Source of the DNA: Nitrosopumilus sp. | Lineage (GTDB): Archaea; Thermoproteota; Nitrososphaeria; Nitrososphaerales; Nitrosopumilaceae | Direction of reading: 5' to 3' | NCBI GenBank assembly: GCA_029864235.1 | Contig: JAOTTW010000004.1 | Location: forward strand, 21,765-53,764 | DNA: 32,000 nucleotides | Part shown: positions 18,788 through 29,217 of the stretch, in pieces | Layout: each line of letters starts with the position of its first letter | How positions within the stretch are numbered: position 1 is the first letter of the stretch | The notes under the pieces: model-generated | Seen by the model: only the letters and a program-made list of their open reading frames with translations | What the model was told of the DNA's origin: nothing | Databases searched by the model: none | Program-made: the position numbers and the translations under genes

Positions 18788-19839
18788 TCTAATTTCCTCG
18801 CTATTGCTATAGTCAAATTTGGTGGAAATTTCTGTTTTTCTACAATTAACTCTCCTCCAGATATCTTTATTGCAGCTGCCTCTGAAACACTACTAGTTCC
18901 TTCAAATGCCTTTACTCTTTCTGAGGGATTTGGTGCACAAATTTTGGCCAAATCTTCTCTATTCACATACTCTACAGGAACTTTCATTTCTTTTCCAACT
19001 TCAACTAGTCCCTGAACATCTTCAGGCTTCTTGATTGATACTAGTTTTGCAATTGATTTTGGACTAAGTTTAAATCTATTCATGCAAAAATCAATACCTT
19101 CCTTGATTGTTTCCTTTCTAGTATCCCAATGTAAACCCACGCCAACAACTAGACTTGGAGGACGATAAACAACAGACTCTCTCAGAAACTCTCCATCAAG
19201 CATTCTATCTGTAACTACTAAAAATCCTTTTGAATCAGAATTTATCAATTCTTCTAAACTATCAAAAATTTTGACATTATTTGGTATTTCTTTATACCAA
19301 TTTTTATTACCTGCATCCTGAAAAACTCCTATCTTTTCTTCATTTACCATATATGCACTAACTTTAGTAACTGTAGACTCATCATCTATCCTCCAACCAA
19401 AATCTCGTCCTAAAAGATCAACTGCAATTGTCTTGTTTACATCTGCAGCTGTTGTAATTACTGGAATTGCATTTAATTTTCCAGCAATCTGATGAGTTAG
19501 TTCATTTGCACCTCCAATATGTCCTGACAACACACTTATCACAAAATTAGTTTTGTCATCAATTACAATTACTGCAGGATCAGTTTTCTTATCTTTCAGA
19601 TGTGGTGCAATTAATCGTATAACTGCTCCTAATGAGAATAAACAAATCAATGCATCATTACTTTTGAAAAGTTTGACAATTTTTTCAGCTGTAGATTCTG
19701 AATACCATTCTATTTTATGTTCATTTTCAAATTTAGATGGTGCATAAATTCTCCAAGATGGAAAATTTTCTTTTAATTTTATGCCTATATTTACACCATT
19801 TTTTGTTATTGCAAGAACTGAAACTTTGTCCATAATCAA
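18784..19839 (-). CDS. cbiG: Cobalt-precorrin-5A hydrolase
   Basis: Length and N-, middle- and C-terminal segments are typical of CbiG (VGVGLH..., GTSSVSEAAA). Confidence 0.85.
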   Translation of the reverse strand: MIMDKVSVLAITKNGVNIGIKLKENFPSWRIYAPSKFENEHKIEWYSESTAEKIVKLFKSNDALICLFSLGAVIRLIAPHLKDKKTDPAVIVIDDKTNFVISVLSGHIGGANELTHQIAGKLNAIPVITTAADVNKTIAVDLLGRDFGWRIDDESTVTKVSAYMVNEEKIGVFQDAGNKNWYKEIPNNVKIFDSLEELINSDSKGFLVVTDRMLDGEFLRESVVYRPPSLVVGVGLHWDTRKETIKEGIDFCMNRFKLSPKSIAKLVSIKKPEDVQGLVEVGKEMKVPVEYVNREDLAKICAPNPSERVKAFEGTSSVSEAAAIKISGGELIVEKQKFPPNLTIAIARKLD

Positions 19840-19864
19840 AACTTTCTAAATTTAATAAAATACC

Positions 19865-20956
19865 TTACTCCCTAGATTTTCTAGCCAAAATACTTCCATC
19901 GAAATCAAACAATATGATCTCTAAAGGAATATTTTTCTCAGAATGCTTTCTCATATGCCTGTAAGTTTCTTTACAAATTTCATCAAAAAACCCCTCAACA
20001 TTACTCTCTTTGATTATTTCTGCTACATGCCTGGCAGTATTTGCCTCTCTTATTTTTTCAATTACGTCATTACTTGCATTACATTTTTTGGCAATATCTG
20101 ACAAGAAATTCATATCTACTTTTGAGCCTTTAACATGAGTCTGTTTTACACCTGCAGCCATTTTAGCCAATTTTCCAATAAACCCTACAACATACGCCTT
20201 CTTGATCCCTTTTTTCCCACATTGCTGAATTGTATATCCTGAAAAATCTCCCATCTGAACAAAACAATGTTCTGGCAAATTCACAATTTTCTTTGCAAAA
20301 TCCTCACTCCTTCCACCTGTTGTAAGAACAACTGTATCATTTCCCATTGCAATAGATACATCTAGATTTTGTCTTATAGATGCAGCATATGATGCAGTTG
20401 AGAATGGAATTACAATCCCACTTGTACCTAAAATCGAAATTCCATTTAAAATCCCTATTCTAGGATTATCTGTTTTAGGACCCAATTCTTTTCCTTTTGG
20501 AACTGAAATGACCACTCTGATTCCCTTTTTTTTAAGAACTTCACTACCTACGTCTCTAAGATTTTCATTAATCATTTTTTTTGGTACTGGATTAATTGCT
20601 GGTTTGTTTAATTCAAGACCCAATCCAGGTTTTGTAACAATACCTACTCCCTCACCACCATCAATTTCTATCTCATTAACTTTATCTGTAAATGACAACT
20701 CTGCTATGATTTCTGCACCATGTGTGACATCGGGATCATCACCACCATCTTTTATCACAGAACATTTTGAGGTGTTTTCCCAAAAATCACAAGAATGAAT
20801 TGGAATTTTGATTAAAATTCCTTTAGGTAATTTGACATCTATCAACTCAATTTTTTTTTGATGAATTATAGACAATAATGCAGCCTTTGAGGCTGCAGTA
20901 GCTGAAGTGCCAGTCGTATAACCTGTCCTAAGTTTTTCTTTTCTGATCTCTTCCAC
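19865..20956 (-). CDS. cbiD: Cobalt-precorrin-5B (C1)-methyltransferase
   Basis: LRTGYTTGTSATAASKAAL at the N-terminus, GGDDPDVTHG, and GILGTSGIVIPFS. Confidence 0.9.
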   Translation of the reverse strand: MEEIRKEKLRTGYTTGTSATAASKAALLSIIHQKKIELIDVKLPKGILIKIPIHSCDFWENTSKCSVIKDGGDDPDVTHGAEIIAELSFTDKVNEIEIDGGEGVGIVTKPGLGLELNKPAINPVPKKMINENLRDVGSEVLKKKGIRVVISVPKGKELGPKTDNPRIGILNGISILGTSGIVIPFSTASYAASIRQNLDVSIAMGNDTVVLTTGGRSEDFAKKIVNLPEHCFVQMGDFSGYTIQQCGKKGIKKAYVVGFIGKLAKMAAGVKQTHVKGSKVDMNFLSDIAKKCNASNDVIEKIREANTARHVAEIIKESNVEGFFDEICKETYRHMRKHSEKNIPLEIILFDFDGSILARKSRE

Positions 20957-21076
20957 AAATTTAATAATTTTTTTGATGTATTAACTCTTGTTTGATTCAG
21001 TTACAAAATTTTAAACATCCTGAAAATCTTGATAAAATCTTTAGATTATATTTGAAACAAAAGCAGTAATTACAAT

Positions 21077-21946
21077 ATGTCTGATAATTTTCAGGTTGTG
21101 GTAACAGGTGCTAGTGGATTTGTAGCAAGAAATGTAAGAAAATTTCTGTTTGAAAATAATATAAAAACTATTTCTATATCTCGAAATAATTTTAAAAAAT
21201 TTAAAAATGAAACTAAAATTGTCTCAAAAAACTATGATGAAAAAAATATTTTACCTAAAATTAGAAAGTCACATGCATTAATTCATTTGGTTGGTATTGG
21301 AAAACAGACCGTTAATAATGATTATTCTTTAATTAATCTTGAATTTACAAAAAAAATTATTAATTTATGTAAAAAAGCAAATATTAAAAAAATAGTTTAT
21401 ACAAGTGGTTTAGGAGTTTCAAAAAATACTACATTAGGTTACTTTATTTCTAAATATAGGGCTGAACAACAAATAATTAACTCAAAATTAGATTTTACTA
21501 TATTTCGACCATCATATATTGTAGGAAAAGATGATCTTTTTACAAAATTTCTTAAATTACAAACTAAAAATGGTATAATCCAAATCCCTGGTTCGGGAAA
21601 ATATTCCATACAACCTATATTCATAAACGATGTTTGTAAAATTCTTTTCAAAGCAATACAAGAAAAAAAATTTACAAAGAAAATTTTGGATCTTGTAGGT
21701 GATGAATCAATCACATTTGAAAAATATGTAAGAGAATTTTCACGTGGAACAGGAACTAAAATCAAAAAAATTAATCTAGAAACTGCATACTATGAAGCAA
21801 TTTTAAATTCCAAAAATGGTTTTGGCGTTGATGATTTAAATCTCTTAATAGGTAGTTTTAAAGGAAATCACAAAAAATTAAAGAATCTTTCTAAAATGAA
21901 ATTTCAATCTATAATTGAACTACTGCAGTCGGGCAGCCTGCTTTAG
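21077..21946 (+). CDS. NAD(P)-dependent epimerase/dehydratase-family (atypical SDR, NmrA/NDUFA9-like) protein
   Basis: N-terminal Rossmann motif [13 protein letters not shown] and the YxxxK-type segment YFISKYRAE. Substrate unknown. Confidence 0.7.
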   Translation: MSDNFQVVVTGASGFVARNVRKFLFENNIKTISISRNNFKKFKNETKIVSKNYDEKNILPKIRKSHALIHLVGIGKQTVNNDYSLINLEFTKKIINLCKKANIKKIVYTSGLGVSKNTTLGYFISKYRAEQQIINSKLDFTIFRPSYIVGKDDLFTKFLKLQTKNGIIQIPGSGKYSIQPIFINDVCKILFKAIQEKKFTKKILDLVGDESITFEKYVREFSRGTGTKIKKINLETAYYEAILNSKNGFGVDDLNLLIGSFKGNHKKLKNLSKMKFQSIIELLQSGSLL

Positions 21947-23098
21947 TGCATCTGCTTTATCAGTTTTTTCCCAACTAAATTCTGGCTCGTTTCTTCCAAA
22001 ATGTCCATAAGCTGCAGTTTTTCTATAAATTGGCCTTTTCAAATCAAGATGTGATATTATTCCAGAAGGTTTCATATCAAAATTCTTTCTAACTATTTCC
22101 TCGATGTCTTTTTCTGAAATCTTGTTTGTTCCAAAAGTATTAACATAAAGTGATACCGGTTCTGCAACCCCTATTGCATATGCTATTTGAACTTCACATC
22201 TGTCAGCTAATCCTGCAGCAACTAAATTTTTTGCAATATATCTGCACATATAACATGCTGATCTGTCTACTTTGGAAGGATCTTTTCCAGAGAATGCACC
22301 ACCTCCATGTCTTCCAAAACCACCATATGTATCAACAATGATTTTCCTTCCTGTTAATCCCGCATCTCCATGCGGACCACCTATTACAAATTTTCCCGTG
22401 GGATTTATGTGAATTTTTATTTCATTATTCCAAAGATTTCCCAAGACTGGTTTGATCACTTTGTCAATTACTTGTTTAGATATTTCTTCTTGAGAAATAT
22501 CAGGTGCGTGTTGTGTTGAAACAACAACAGTTTCGATCTTTGTTGGTTTATTATCTACATATCTAACAGATACCTGAGTTTTTCCATCTGGCCTTACCCA
22601 AGAAAGAACCTTGCTTTTTCTTACTTCAGCTAGTTTCTGTGCAAGTTTTTGTGCTAGTAAAGCTGGCATAGGCATAAGCTCTTCTGTCTCGTTTGATGCA
22701 TATCCAAACATTAACCCCTGGTCTCCTGCCCCTTGTTCATGATCCTCGGTAGGAGTTACACCCTGACTAATATCTGGACTTTGAGCATGCAGGCGTAACG
22801 TTATTTCACAAGATTCTGTATCAAACTTCAAATCTTTATTGTTATATCCAATCTCTCTGATTGTTTTTCTAATCAATTCTTCTTGTGCTTTTTTATCAAA
22901 ATTGGCTTTGGAAGTAACTTCTCCTGCAACAACTACAAAATCAGTGGTTACCATTGTTTCAACAGCCACTCTGGAATCAGGATCTTGTCTAAGAAATTCA
23001 TCTAAAAATGCATCTGAGATCTGATCACAAATTTTGTCAGGATGACCTTCAGTCACTGACTCTGACGTAAATAGAAAATTGTTAGTCATAAGAACCAC
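21920..23098 (-). CDS. metK: S-adenosylmethionine synthase, bacterial/eukaryotic MetK type
   Basis: [38 protein letters not shown] and [16 protein letters not shown] are canonical MetK motifs. The 3' end overlaps the convergent epimerase gene by 27 nt. Confidence 0.95.
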   Translation of the reverse strand: MVLMTNNFLFTSESVTEGHPDKICDQISDAFLDEFLRQDPDSRVAVETMVTTDFVVVAGEVTSKANFDKKAQEELIRKTIREIGYNNKDLKFDTESCEITLRLHAQSPDISQGVTPTEDHEQGAGDQGLMFGYASNETEELMPMPALLAQKLAQKLAEVRKSKVLSWVRPDGKTQVSVRYVDNKPTKIETVVVSTQHAPDISQEEISKQVIDKVIKPVLGNLWNNEIKIHINPTGKFVIGGPHGDAGLTGRKIIVDTYGGFGRHGGGAFSGKDPSKVDRSACYMCRYIAKNLVAAGLADRCEVQIAYAIGVAEPVSLYVNTFGTNKISEKDIEEIVRKNFDMKPSGIISHLDLKRPIYRKTAAYGHFGRNEPEFSWEKTDKADALKQAARLQ

Positions 23099-23104
23099 TA
23101 ATTG

Positions 23105-23347
23105 TTAGAGTTCATTTTCTAGTTTAATAAATAATACATTATTACCTCGGACTATTACTCTTCCATAATTTGCAATAACTTTACCATCATGAAGTTCTTC
23201 AGCATCTGTCATAATCAAATTCATGTAAGAATCCACATTATCCATTTTACCTTTGTATTCAACTTCATTTTTCAGTCTAACTGTTACTTTCTTCTTTGTA
23301 CTTTTCTGAAGTGTTGTTAATGGTCTTTTTGCACTTGTTTGCGACAC
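23105..23347 (-). CDS. Sm-like archaeal protein (LSm/SmAP)
   Basis: Sm1 (VTVRLKNEVEYKGKMDNVDSYMNLIM) and Sm2 (RVIVRGNNVLFI) motifs. Confidence 0.9.
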   Translation of the reverse strand: MSQTSAKRPLTTLQKSTKKKVTVRLKNEVEYKGKMDNVDSYMNLIMTDAEELHDGKVIANYGRVIVRGNNVLFIKLENEL

Positions 23348-23411
23348 TAATTATTCACTTGTTTTGCATACGTTGTTCTCTAGAATAAAAGCCTTACCTC
23401 GTTTGTAAATC

Positions 23412-24113
23412 ATGAAATTCCTTAAATTTTTTCATCATTTTCTGATAATTAACCAAATGTTCTCTACTGGATTAGAAAAATTAGATGAATTTCTTTTAGG
23501 AGGAATTCATAATGGCGTCATTACTGACATCTATGGTGCTAATGGAACCGGAAAAACTCAACTACTATTACAAATCTGCATAAACTCGATTAAAAATGGA
23601 GGAAATGTTCTCTATGTGGATACGACAGGAGGTTTTAGACCCGAACGAATTCTTGAAATGCAAACCCATCAAAATATAGAATACAATTTACTTGAGAAAA
23701 TCACGGTTTTACGAGTAACAAATACTTCTGAACAAATCAACTCTATAGCAATCATGAATGAACAAAATTTCTCTCTTATTGTAATTGATAACATTACTGA
23801 TTTATTTTCATATGAATATCAAAATGAAGACTCTATATTTCAAAAAAATTCATTATTCATGAAATTTATGCGTCAGTTATCACTTGTTTCAATTAACAAA
23901 AAAATTCCGGTTGTTATAACAAACATGATTAGAAATATTGAAGGTAAGGAAGTGGAAAACATGAAATCAGCAGTTGATCCATTTACACATATCAAAATTA
24001 AACTCTCAAAAATTTCATCAAAATTTAAAGGTGAAACACAATGGTTGACAAACAAAAACTATTTTTCTTATAAAATTACTAAATCGGGATTAACTCATAC
24101 TGAAGATATTTAA
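23412..24113 (+). CDS. RecA-superfamily ATPase, RadA paralogue (RadB/aRadC-like, no N-terminal HhH domain)
   Basis: STGLEKLDEFLLGGI, Walker A GANGTGKTQ, FRPERI and Walker B LIVIDNIT. The ATG at 23457 (MFSTGLEKLD) is a more typical start than 23412. Confidence 0.75.
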   Translation: MKFLKFFHHFLIINQMFSTGLEKLDEFLLGGIHNGVITDIYGANGTGKTQLLLQICINSIKNGGNVLYVDTTGGFRPERILEMQTHQNIEYNLLEKITVLRVTNTSEQINSIAIMNEQNFSLIVIDNITDLFSYEYQNEDSIFQKNSLFMKFMRQLSLVSINKKIPVVITNMIRNIEGKEVENMKSAVDPFTHIKIKLSKISSKFKGETQWLTNKNYFSYKITKSGLTHTEDI

Positions 24114-24135
24114 TGATCATTTACCTAGTTTACAA

Positions 24136-24246
24136 ATGGCAGGAATTTTTGATTCTATTCCCATAATTATAGTTGTCCTATTTGTGCTTGGTTTAGTTGG
24201 CGTAATAGTTTATGAAAGAACACAATCAAATTCAGCAGGAGAATAA
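24136..24246 (+). CDS. Possible 36-aa single-TM micro-protein
   Basis: MAGIFDSIPIIIVVLFVLGLVGVIVYERTQSNSAGE has one clean hydrophobic helix. It overlaps the lhr start in another frame, and I see no other support. Confidence 0.25.
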   Translation: MAGIFDSIPIIIVVLFVLGLVGVIVYERTQSNSAGE

Positions 24247-26962
24247 AATTTCTGATTCTAAGATTTATTCTTTGTTTACAAATTTTGGATTCATTAATCT
24301 CACAGAGATTCAAAAAAAAGCATCACCTCTAGTATTACAAAAAAAGGACTGCCTGATAATTGCTCCAACTGGCTCAGGGAAGACAGAATGTTCAGTAATA
24401 CCGATTTTCTCTCTTGTAAAAAATTCAAAAAAAATTGGTCAAATTAAAGTACTTTACATAACTCCACTAAGAGCATTAAACCGAGATGTATTTAGAAGAA
24501 TAACAAAATATGCACAGACAAATGATTTGTCTATAGAAATTAGACACGGAGACACGACACAAACTGCCAGAAAAAAAATCACTGAAAACCCTCCAGATGT
24601 TTTAATTACAACTCCCGAGACTCTGGTGATTTTACTTACGCAACCAAAGATATTGAATGCATTGTCTGAACTAGAGTGGATTGTTATTGATGAAGTTCAC
24701 GAATTACTTGCCAGCGAACGAGGTACTCAGTTGTCACTAAGCATAGAAAGACTACAACTAGCCTCAAAATTGCCACTAACAAAGATTGGACTGTCTGCAA
24801 CAGTTGGAAATTTTGAAGAAGCAGGCAAGTTTGTAGTGGGTTCAAAAAGAAAGTGCCAAATTGTCAGGGATACATCAATTAGAAAATATGACGTTGAAGT
24901 AAAGTTTGTTGATGGCACAATATCTGATGTGGCAGAAGAGATAATCAAATATGTCCAAGAACAAAATTTGGATTCTCCTGTACTTCTCTTTACAAATACA
25001 AGAGGCGAGGCCGAATTCTTAGCATCAATTCTTAAAGAAAAATCTTCTATAAACATTGAATTACATCATGGTTCATTATCAAAAGAAGTAAGAGAAGACA
25101 CAGAGATTACATTAAGAGAGGGAAAACGTGGAATTGTTGTATGTACTTCTTCTCTAGAATTAGGTTTGGATATAGGATCTATTGAATTAGTCATTCATTA
25201 TGGCTCACCACGTCAAGTATCAAAACTTATTCAAAGAATAGGAAGAAGTAGACATAACAGAGATGCATCTGCAAAAGGTTTGATTATTACAAATAACTCT
25301 GATGACGAATTTGAAGCAAGAGCAATTCTTGATAGAATTCAAGAAGGTTCTATCGAAGAGCAAAAAATTCATGATGGCTCTTTAGATGTTCTTGCACATC
25401 ATCTAGTAGGAATGACAATGCAGATGGGTGAGATCTCTGTTGACTTTGCATTTGAAACTATAACTCATGCATTTCCATTTAGAAATTTACATCTAGATGA
25501 ATTAACTGGAGTTTTAGATTTACTAGACTCTAACTATTTGATTTTTTTTGATAGAACCAAAATGGCTTTTTGGAAAAAAGGCCGTTCTTTCAAATATTAC
25601 TTTGAGAATCTTTCAACCATACCTGACATTTTAAAATTTAAGGTTTTTGATAGTGTGGGAAAGAAAATCATTGGTACCTTGGATCAAAGATTTGTTGGTG
25701 ATTTTGGTGATTCAGGAAATATCTTTGTTCTGAAAGGCTCTCAATGGAGAATTCTTAGCGTAGACGAAAAATCATTATCAGTTAATGTTGAACCGTTTAG
25801 AGGAGGCGGAATCACTGTTCCATACTGGGAGGGTGAAACAATCCCCATTGATTACAATACGGCCAAGAAAGTTGGCCTGTTTCGCACCAAAGTAAAAAAT
25901 GGTTCATTGACTCTAATCAATAAAACTATTGAAAACCTAAGTTTTGAAATACCAAATGAGAATCTCGTAGTAATAGAATCAAGTAAAACACAGGGTTCAA
26001 TTGTAATCCATTCATGTTTTGGAACAAAAATTAACGCGACATTATCAACTTTACTTTCTTCAATGCTTTCTTCAATGTTAGGTTCAATGGTAGATTCAAG
26101 AAGTGATGGATATCGAATAGTTTTGTCTTCCAGATCTAGAATATCTGAAAAACTTTTCTTAGAAGTCTTAAGGGATGATTATGATCTCTATTCTATGGTT
26201 ACTGCTTCCTTAGCAGGAACTCATAATGTTAATTGGAGAACTTGGTGTGTTGCAAAAAAATTTGGTGTTGTTGGACGAGGTGCAATATATGAAAAAAAGT
26301 CTGCTCGATTTTTGTATGAAAGGTATTCTAAAACATCTCTTGTTAAAGAAGCATTACGCGAATTATTCCATGATAAATATGATTTGTCAAATACTGATAA
26401 AATTCTAAAAAAGATAAGAGACAATGAAATTTCTACACAATGGATAGAAGTTGATAAATTTTCAAAACTTGCCGAGCCAATTTTAGATCATACTACAAAA
26501 TATTATTCATCTCCTACAAATCTTGACAAAGGAATTCTTGATCTTGTCAAAGCCAGACTTGAAAAGACCAAGCATCGATTGATATGCGCAAGATGTGGAA
26601 AATGGGAAAAGGTCATTGAAACAAATGAGGTCAAAAATATCTTGATTTGCCCATATTGTAAGGGAAGACAAATCACTGCAACATTCTACTCTGACTATGA
26701 TCTGCCTAAAATTATTCGTAAAAAGCATGATGGAAAAAAGCTTACCTCTGAGGAAAAACACAAGTTTGATCGAGCCTGGAAGGTATCCTCCTTAATTGAA
26801 AATTTTGGAAAGACTGCAATTACTGTAATATCTGGATACGGTGTAGGAGCAGATACTGCAGCTAGAATTTTGCGAAATATGGTTGATAAAGAACACTTAT
26901 TCAAACAAATTTACGAAGCAGAAAGACAGTATGTTGTAACTCGAGGATTTTGGGATTCTTAG
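24212..26962 (+). CDS. lhr: Lhr-type ATP-dependent SF2 helicase (DEVH box) with C-terminal zinc ribbon
   Basis: APTGSGKTE, DEVHEL, SATVGN, TSSLELGLDIG and QRIGRSRH. A long Lhr-style C-terminal extension contains CARCG...CPYCKG. Confidence 0.85.
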   Translation: MKEHNQIQQENKISDSKIYSLFTNFGFINLTEIQKKASPLVLQKKDCLIIAPTGSGKTECSVIPIFSLVKNSKKIGQIKVLYITPLRALNRDVFRRITKYAQTNDLSIEIRHGDTTQTARKKITENPPDVLITTPETLVILLTQPKILNALSELEWIVIDEVHELLASERGTQLSLSIERLQLASKLPLTKIGLSATVGNFEEAGKFVVGSKRKCQIVRDTSIRKYDVEVKFVDGTISDVAEEIIKYVQEQNLDSPVLLFTNTRGEAEFLASILKEKSSINIELHHGSLSKEVREDTEITLREGKRGIVVCTSSLELGLDIGSIELVIHYGSPRQVSKLIQRIGRSRHNRDASAKGLIITNNSDDEFEARAILDRIQEGSIEEQKIHDGSLDVLAHHLVGMTMQMGEISVDFAFETITHAFPFRNLHLDELTGVLDLLDSNYLIFFDRTKMAFWKKGRSFKYYFENLSTIPDILKFKVFDSVGKKIIGTLDQRFVGDFGDSGNIFVLKGSQWRILSVDEKSLSVNVEPFRGGGITVPYWEGETIPIDYNTAKKVGLFRTKVKNGSLTLINKTIENLSFEIPNENLVVIESSKTQGSIVIHSCFGTKINATLSTLLSSMLSSMLGSMVDSRSDGYRIVLSSRSRISEKLFLEVLRDDYDLYSMVTASLAGTHNVNWRTWCVAKKFGVVGRGAIYEKKSARFLYERYSKTSLVKEALRELFHDKYDLSNTDKILKKIRDNEISTQWIEVDKFSKLAEPILDHTTKYYSSPTNLDKGILDLVKARLEKTKHRLICARCGKWEKVIETNEVKNILICPYCKGRQITATFYSDYDLPKIIRKKHDGKKLTSEEKHKFDRAWKVSSLIENFGKTAITVISGYGVGADTAARILRNMVDKEHLFKQIYEAERQYVVTRGFWDS

Positions 26963-28356
26963 TTCTTCTTTGTGACTTTTGAAAACGGTGTTAGAAACAA
27001 CTCTATTCTTCCTTCTAAACCTGCTTTTGCACTCAAACCTGTTACAGAAATGATTTCACCCAACTCACATTTGTCAACAAGTCTAGCCTGATTTCTCCAG
27101 CCTTTGATCCAAATTTGACCCGTATCATCTTCAACAAATACTTCAGATAATGAAATTGATTCTCCAGACTTTGTTTGAACTTCCCTCCTTTCAGGGACTC
27201 TCAAAACTATTGCTTCGATACAATAGTCTCTATCTACTTTAACATCACTAATTTTTGTTCTAATCTGAGACAATGATGGAATGGATTCATCGTTTTCTAG
27301 CTTTCTTACAAATGAATTACTATCTAAAGTAACTGAATTTCCATATACTTTTGATGGCATACATTCTATCACGTCTCCCTCATTGCAAATACTTGTTGAA
27401 TTAGAATAATCACTAATATTGTACAGATTTTTCTTGTTATCAACTGCTAAAATCATATTGTTTCCATTATCTGCTGTAGCAATAGACAAAACTCTTGTAA
27501 TGAGTGGTTCTGCTTCTTTTCCTCCTTCTATATTGATCATAGTAGATTCATTACCATGAATCTCTGATCCTTGATTCCCTGGTCTTACTTTGACTCCTAA
27601 CAATCTTACTTTTGCTCCTTGGGAAATCATATTTGGTAATTCACTCTCATCTTTCCCCCAAAGAACAACTCTCATACTTGTTCCATCCTTGCCTTTTAGT
27701 CTCATTCTAAGTGCCTTCCCAGGCTCACCACGAGAATTTGTAAAGTTCATAGTATTTACCATACCGTCAATAATACCTGAAACTACTAGATCTTTTTGGC
27801 CTTCCTGAATCTCACTTACATCTTTTGCAATTTTCTCTATTGTAGGAATGTCACTATCGTTATCGACTGCTTCGATATTAGAGCCAGAACCTATGTTGAT
27901 TGTTGGAGAACCATTAAGGTCTGATTTCACATAGGCCTTGATAATTTTTATCAAATCACCTGGCTTCAGATTTTCAATTCCTGGAAGATTTGCTTTTTCA
28001 TCCCAAAGTTTTACGCTTGCTGTAGAGTTTGCATCATACACTGTCATTGATCTGAGATAAAATGGTGAACCATCTTTTCGGGAATATTGTTTTGCTGGCG
28101 ATACATTAAGAACTCTAGTTTCAAGTGAAATTTCCTTTGCACCTGCATAAAGATCCTTTAATCCCATCTCGACTTTTAGTGGTTCTGATAATGAAATTCC
28201 ATAATCTGATGCGATCAGAAACAGTGCTCCTTGATCTGTCAGATATCCTGCACCAATCTTTTCTTTCTTTTGTTTAATTTGCTCTTCAATATCAGAACGG
28301 GTTAATTCTGGTTTTTGTTCTAGTAATTTTTGTAAAAGTTCATCAAATTCAGACAA
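26959..28356 (-). CDS. Replication protein A (multi-OB-fold ssDNA-binding protein)
   Basis: N-terminal helical segment (LTDQGALFLIASDYGISL) like euryarchaeal-type RPA, followed by about 3-4 repeated OB-fold-like units (e.g. VKLWDEKA, VVLWGKDE, IWIKGWRNQA). TTG start. Confidence 0.65.
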   Translation of the reverse strand: MSEFDELLQKLLEQKPELTRSDIEEQIKQKKEKIGAGYLTDQGALFLIASDYGISLSEPLKVEMGLKDLYAGAKEISLETRVLNVSPAKQYSRKDGSPFYLRSMTVYDANSTASVKLWDEKANLPGIENLKPGDLIKIIKAYVKSDLNGSPTINIGSGSNIEAVDNDSDIPTIEKIAKDVSEIQEGQKDLVVSGIIDGMVNTMNFTNSRGEPGKALRMRLKGKDGTSMRVVLWGKDESELPNMISQGAKVRLLGVKVRPGNQGSEIHGNESTMINIEGGKEAEPLITRVLSIATADNGNNMILAVDNKKNLYNISDYSNSTSICNEGDVIECMPSKVYGNSVTLDSNSFVRKLENDESIPSLSQIRTKISDVKVDRDYCIEAIVLRVPERREVQTKSGESISLSEVFVEDDTGQIWIKGWRNQARLVDKCELGEIISVTGLSAKAGLEGRIELFLTPFSKVTKKN

Positions 28357-28380
28357 ATCATTGTGTCTAAACTAGGTGTA

Positions 28381-28388
28381 TTAATAAA
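28381..28388 (-). promoter_or_regulatory. TATA-box-like element for the RPA gene
   Basis: The minus strand reads TTTATTAA, ending 25 nt upstream of the TTG start at 28356. It lies inside the 46-nt gap before the polB fragment. Confidence 0.3.
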
Positions 28389-28402
28389 AATTTCATCTTT
28401 AT

Positions 28403-29152
28403 TTGAATATTTTACTGGATATTCGATCGTTAGATCGCAAGAAAACTTGCTCTGTTACATTACAAGAACTTCAAGCCTGCGAAAGTAAAACCTTCTACAG
28501 GATTCTTGAAGGATACCAGTTTATACCCAATTCAGATATTTATCCATACCGTGAATTTATTCAAAATCTATATCAGAAAAGAATGGAACTAAAGGAACGG
28601 AACAATCCTTTACAATTACCAATCAAGATTATTCTGAATTCTATTTACGGTAAGACAGGACAAAGTATAGACCATAAGATTGGAAATTTGTTCAATCCTG
28701 TGATTTTTGCCTTTATCACTGGGTTTACACGTGCCCAATTGTATGATTTTGTGCGTAAACATGACATTGAGAAGGATGTGGTGTTCTTTGCCACTGATTC
28801 CATATGTACAACCAAGAAATTAGATGTGAATTCTACCATGCTAGGTGATTTTTCGTTTGACAATGAGTCTGATGATGTGTTTGTGCTACAGAATGGGTTC
28901 TATAGATTCAATGGTAAATGGAAACAAAGAGAATTAGGAAAACTAAATGGAAAAGAAATTGAACATCTAGAAACATTTGAGAAGAATGGTAGATTGTACT
29001 ATAGTTTTGTTGTAAATAGAAATAATAGACTACGTTCTTCTATTCTTCAAAATAGAATCAAAGATATTGGGAAGGTTAAACCAGAGATACGAGAGTTTAA
29101 TCTAAATGCAGACAGGAAGAGGTTTTGGTTGGGAAGGATTAAGTATGGATGA
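28403..29152 (+). pseudogene. Orphan C-terminal fragment of a family-B DNA polymerase (protein-primed/MGE type); exonuclease domain missing
   Basis: Motif B is KIILNSIYGKTGQ. Motif C is degenerate, FFATDSICT, where the expected YxDTDS has lost its first Asp. The open frame begins only at 28388, after a TAA, with LDIRSL at the edge, possibly a decayed motif A. The only start is TTG, and 249 aa compares with at least 550 aa for intact enzymes. Confidence 0.7.
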
Positions 29153-29217
29153 TAGAATTATGAATGAGTCTGTGCCTTTATCTATGAATTATTTCAAGAG
29201 AGAAATTCTGAAAAAAA

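Noticed and set aside
20975-21030. A possible C/D-box sRNA in the cbiD/epimerase intergenic region (TGATGT ... TGATTC ... CTGA).
   Set aside because: The C box is imperfect, no D' box sits in the right place, and the spacing does not fit the archaeal C-D'-C'-D layout. The pattern is easy to find by chance in AT-rich DNA.
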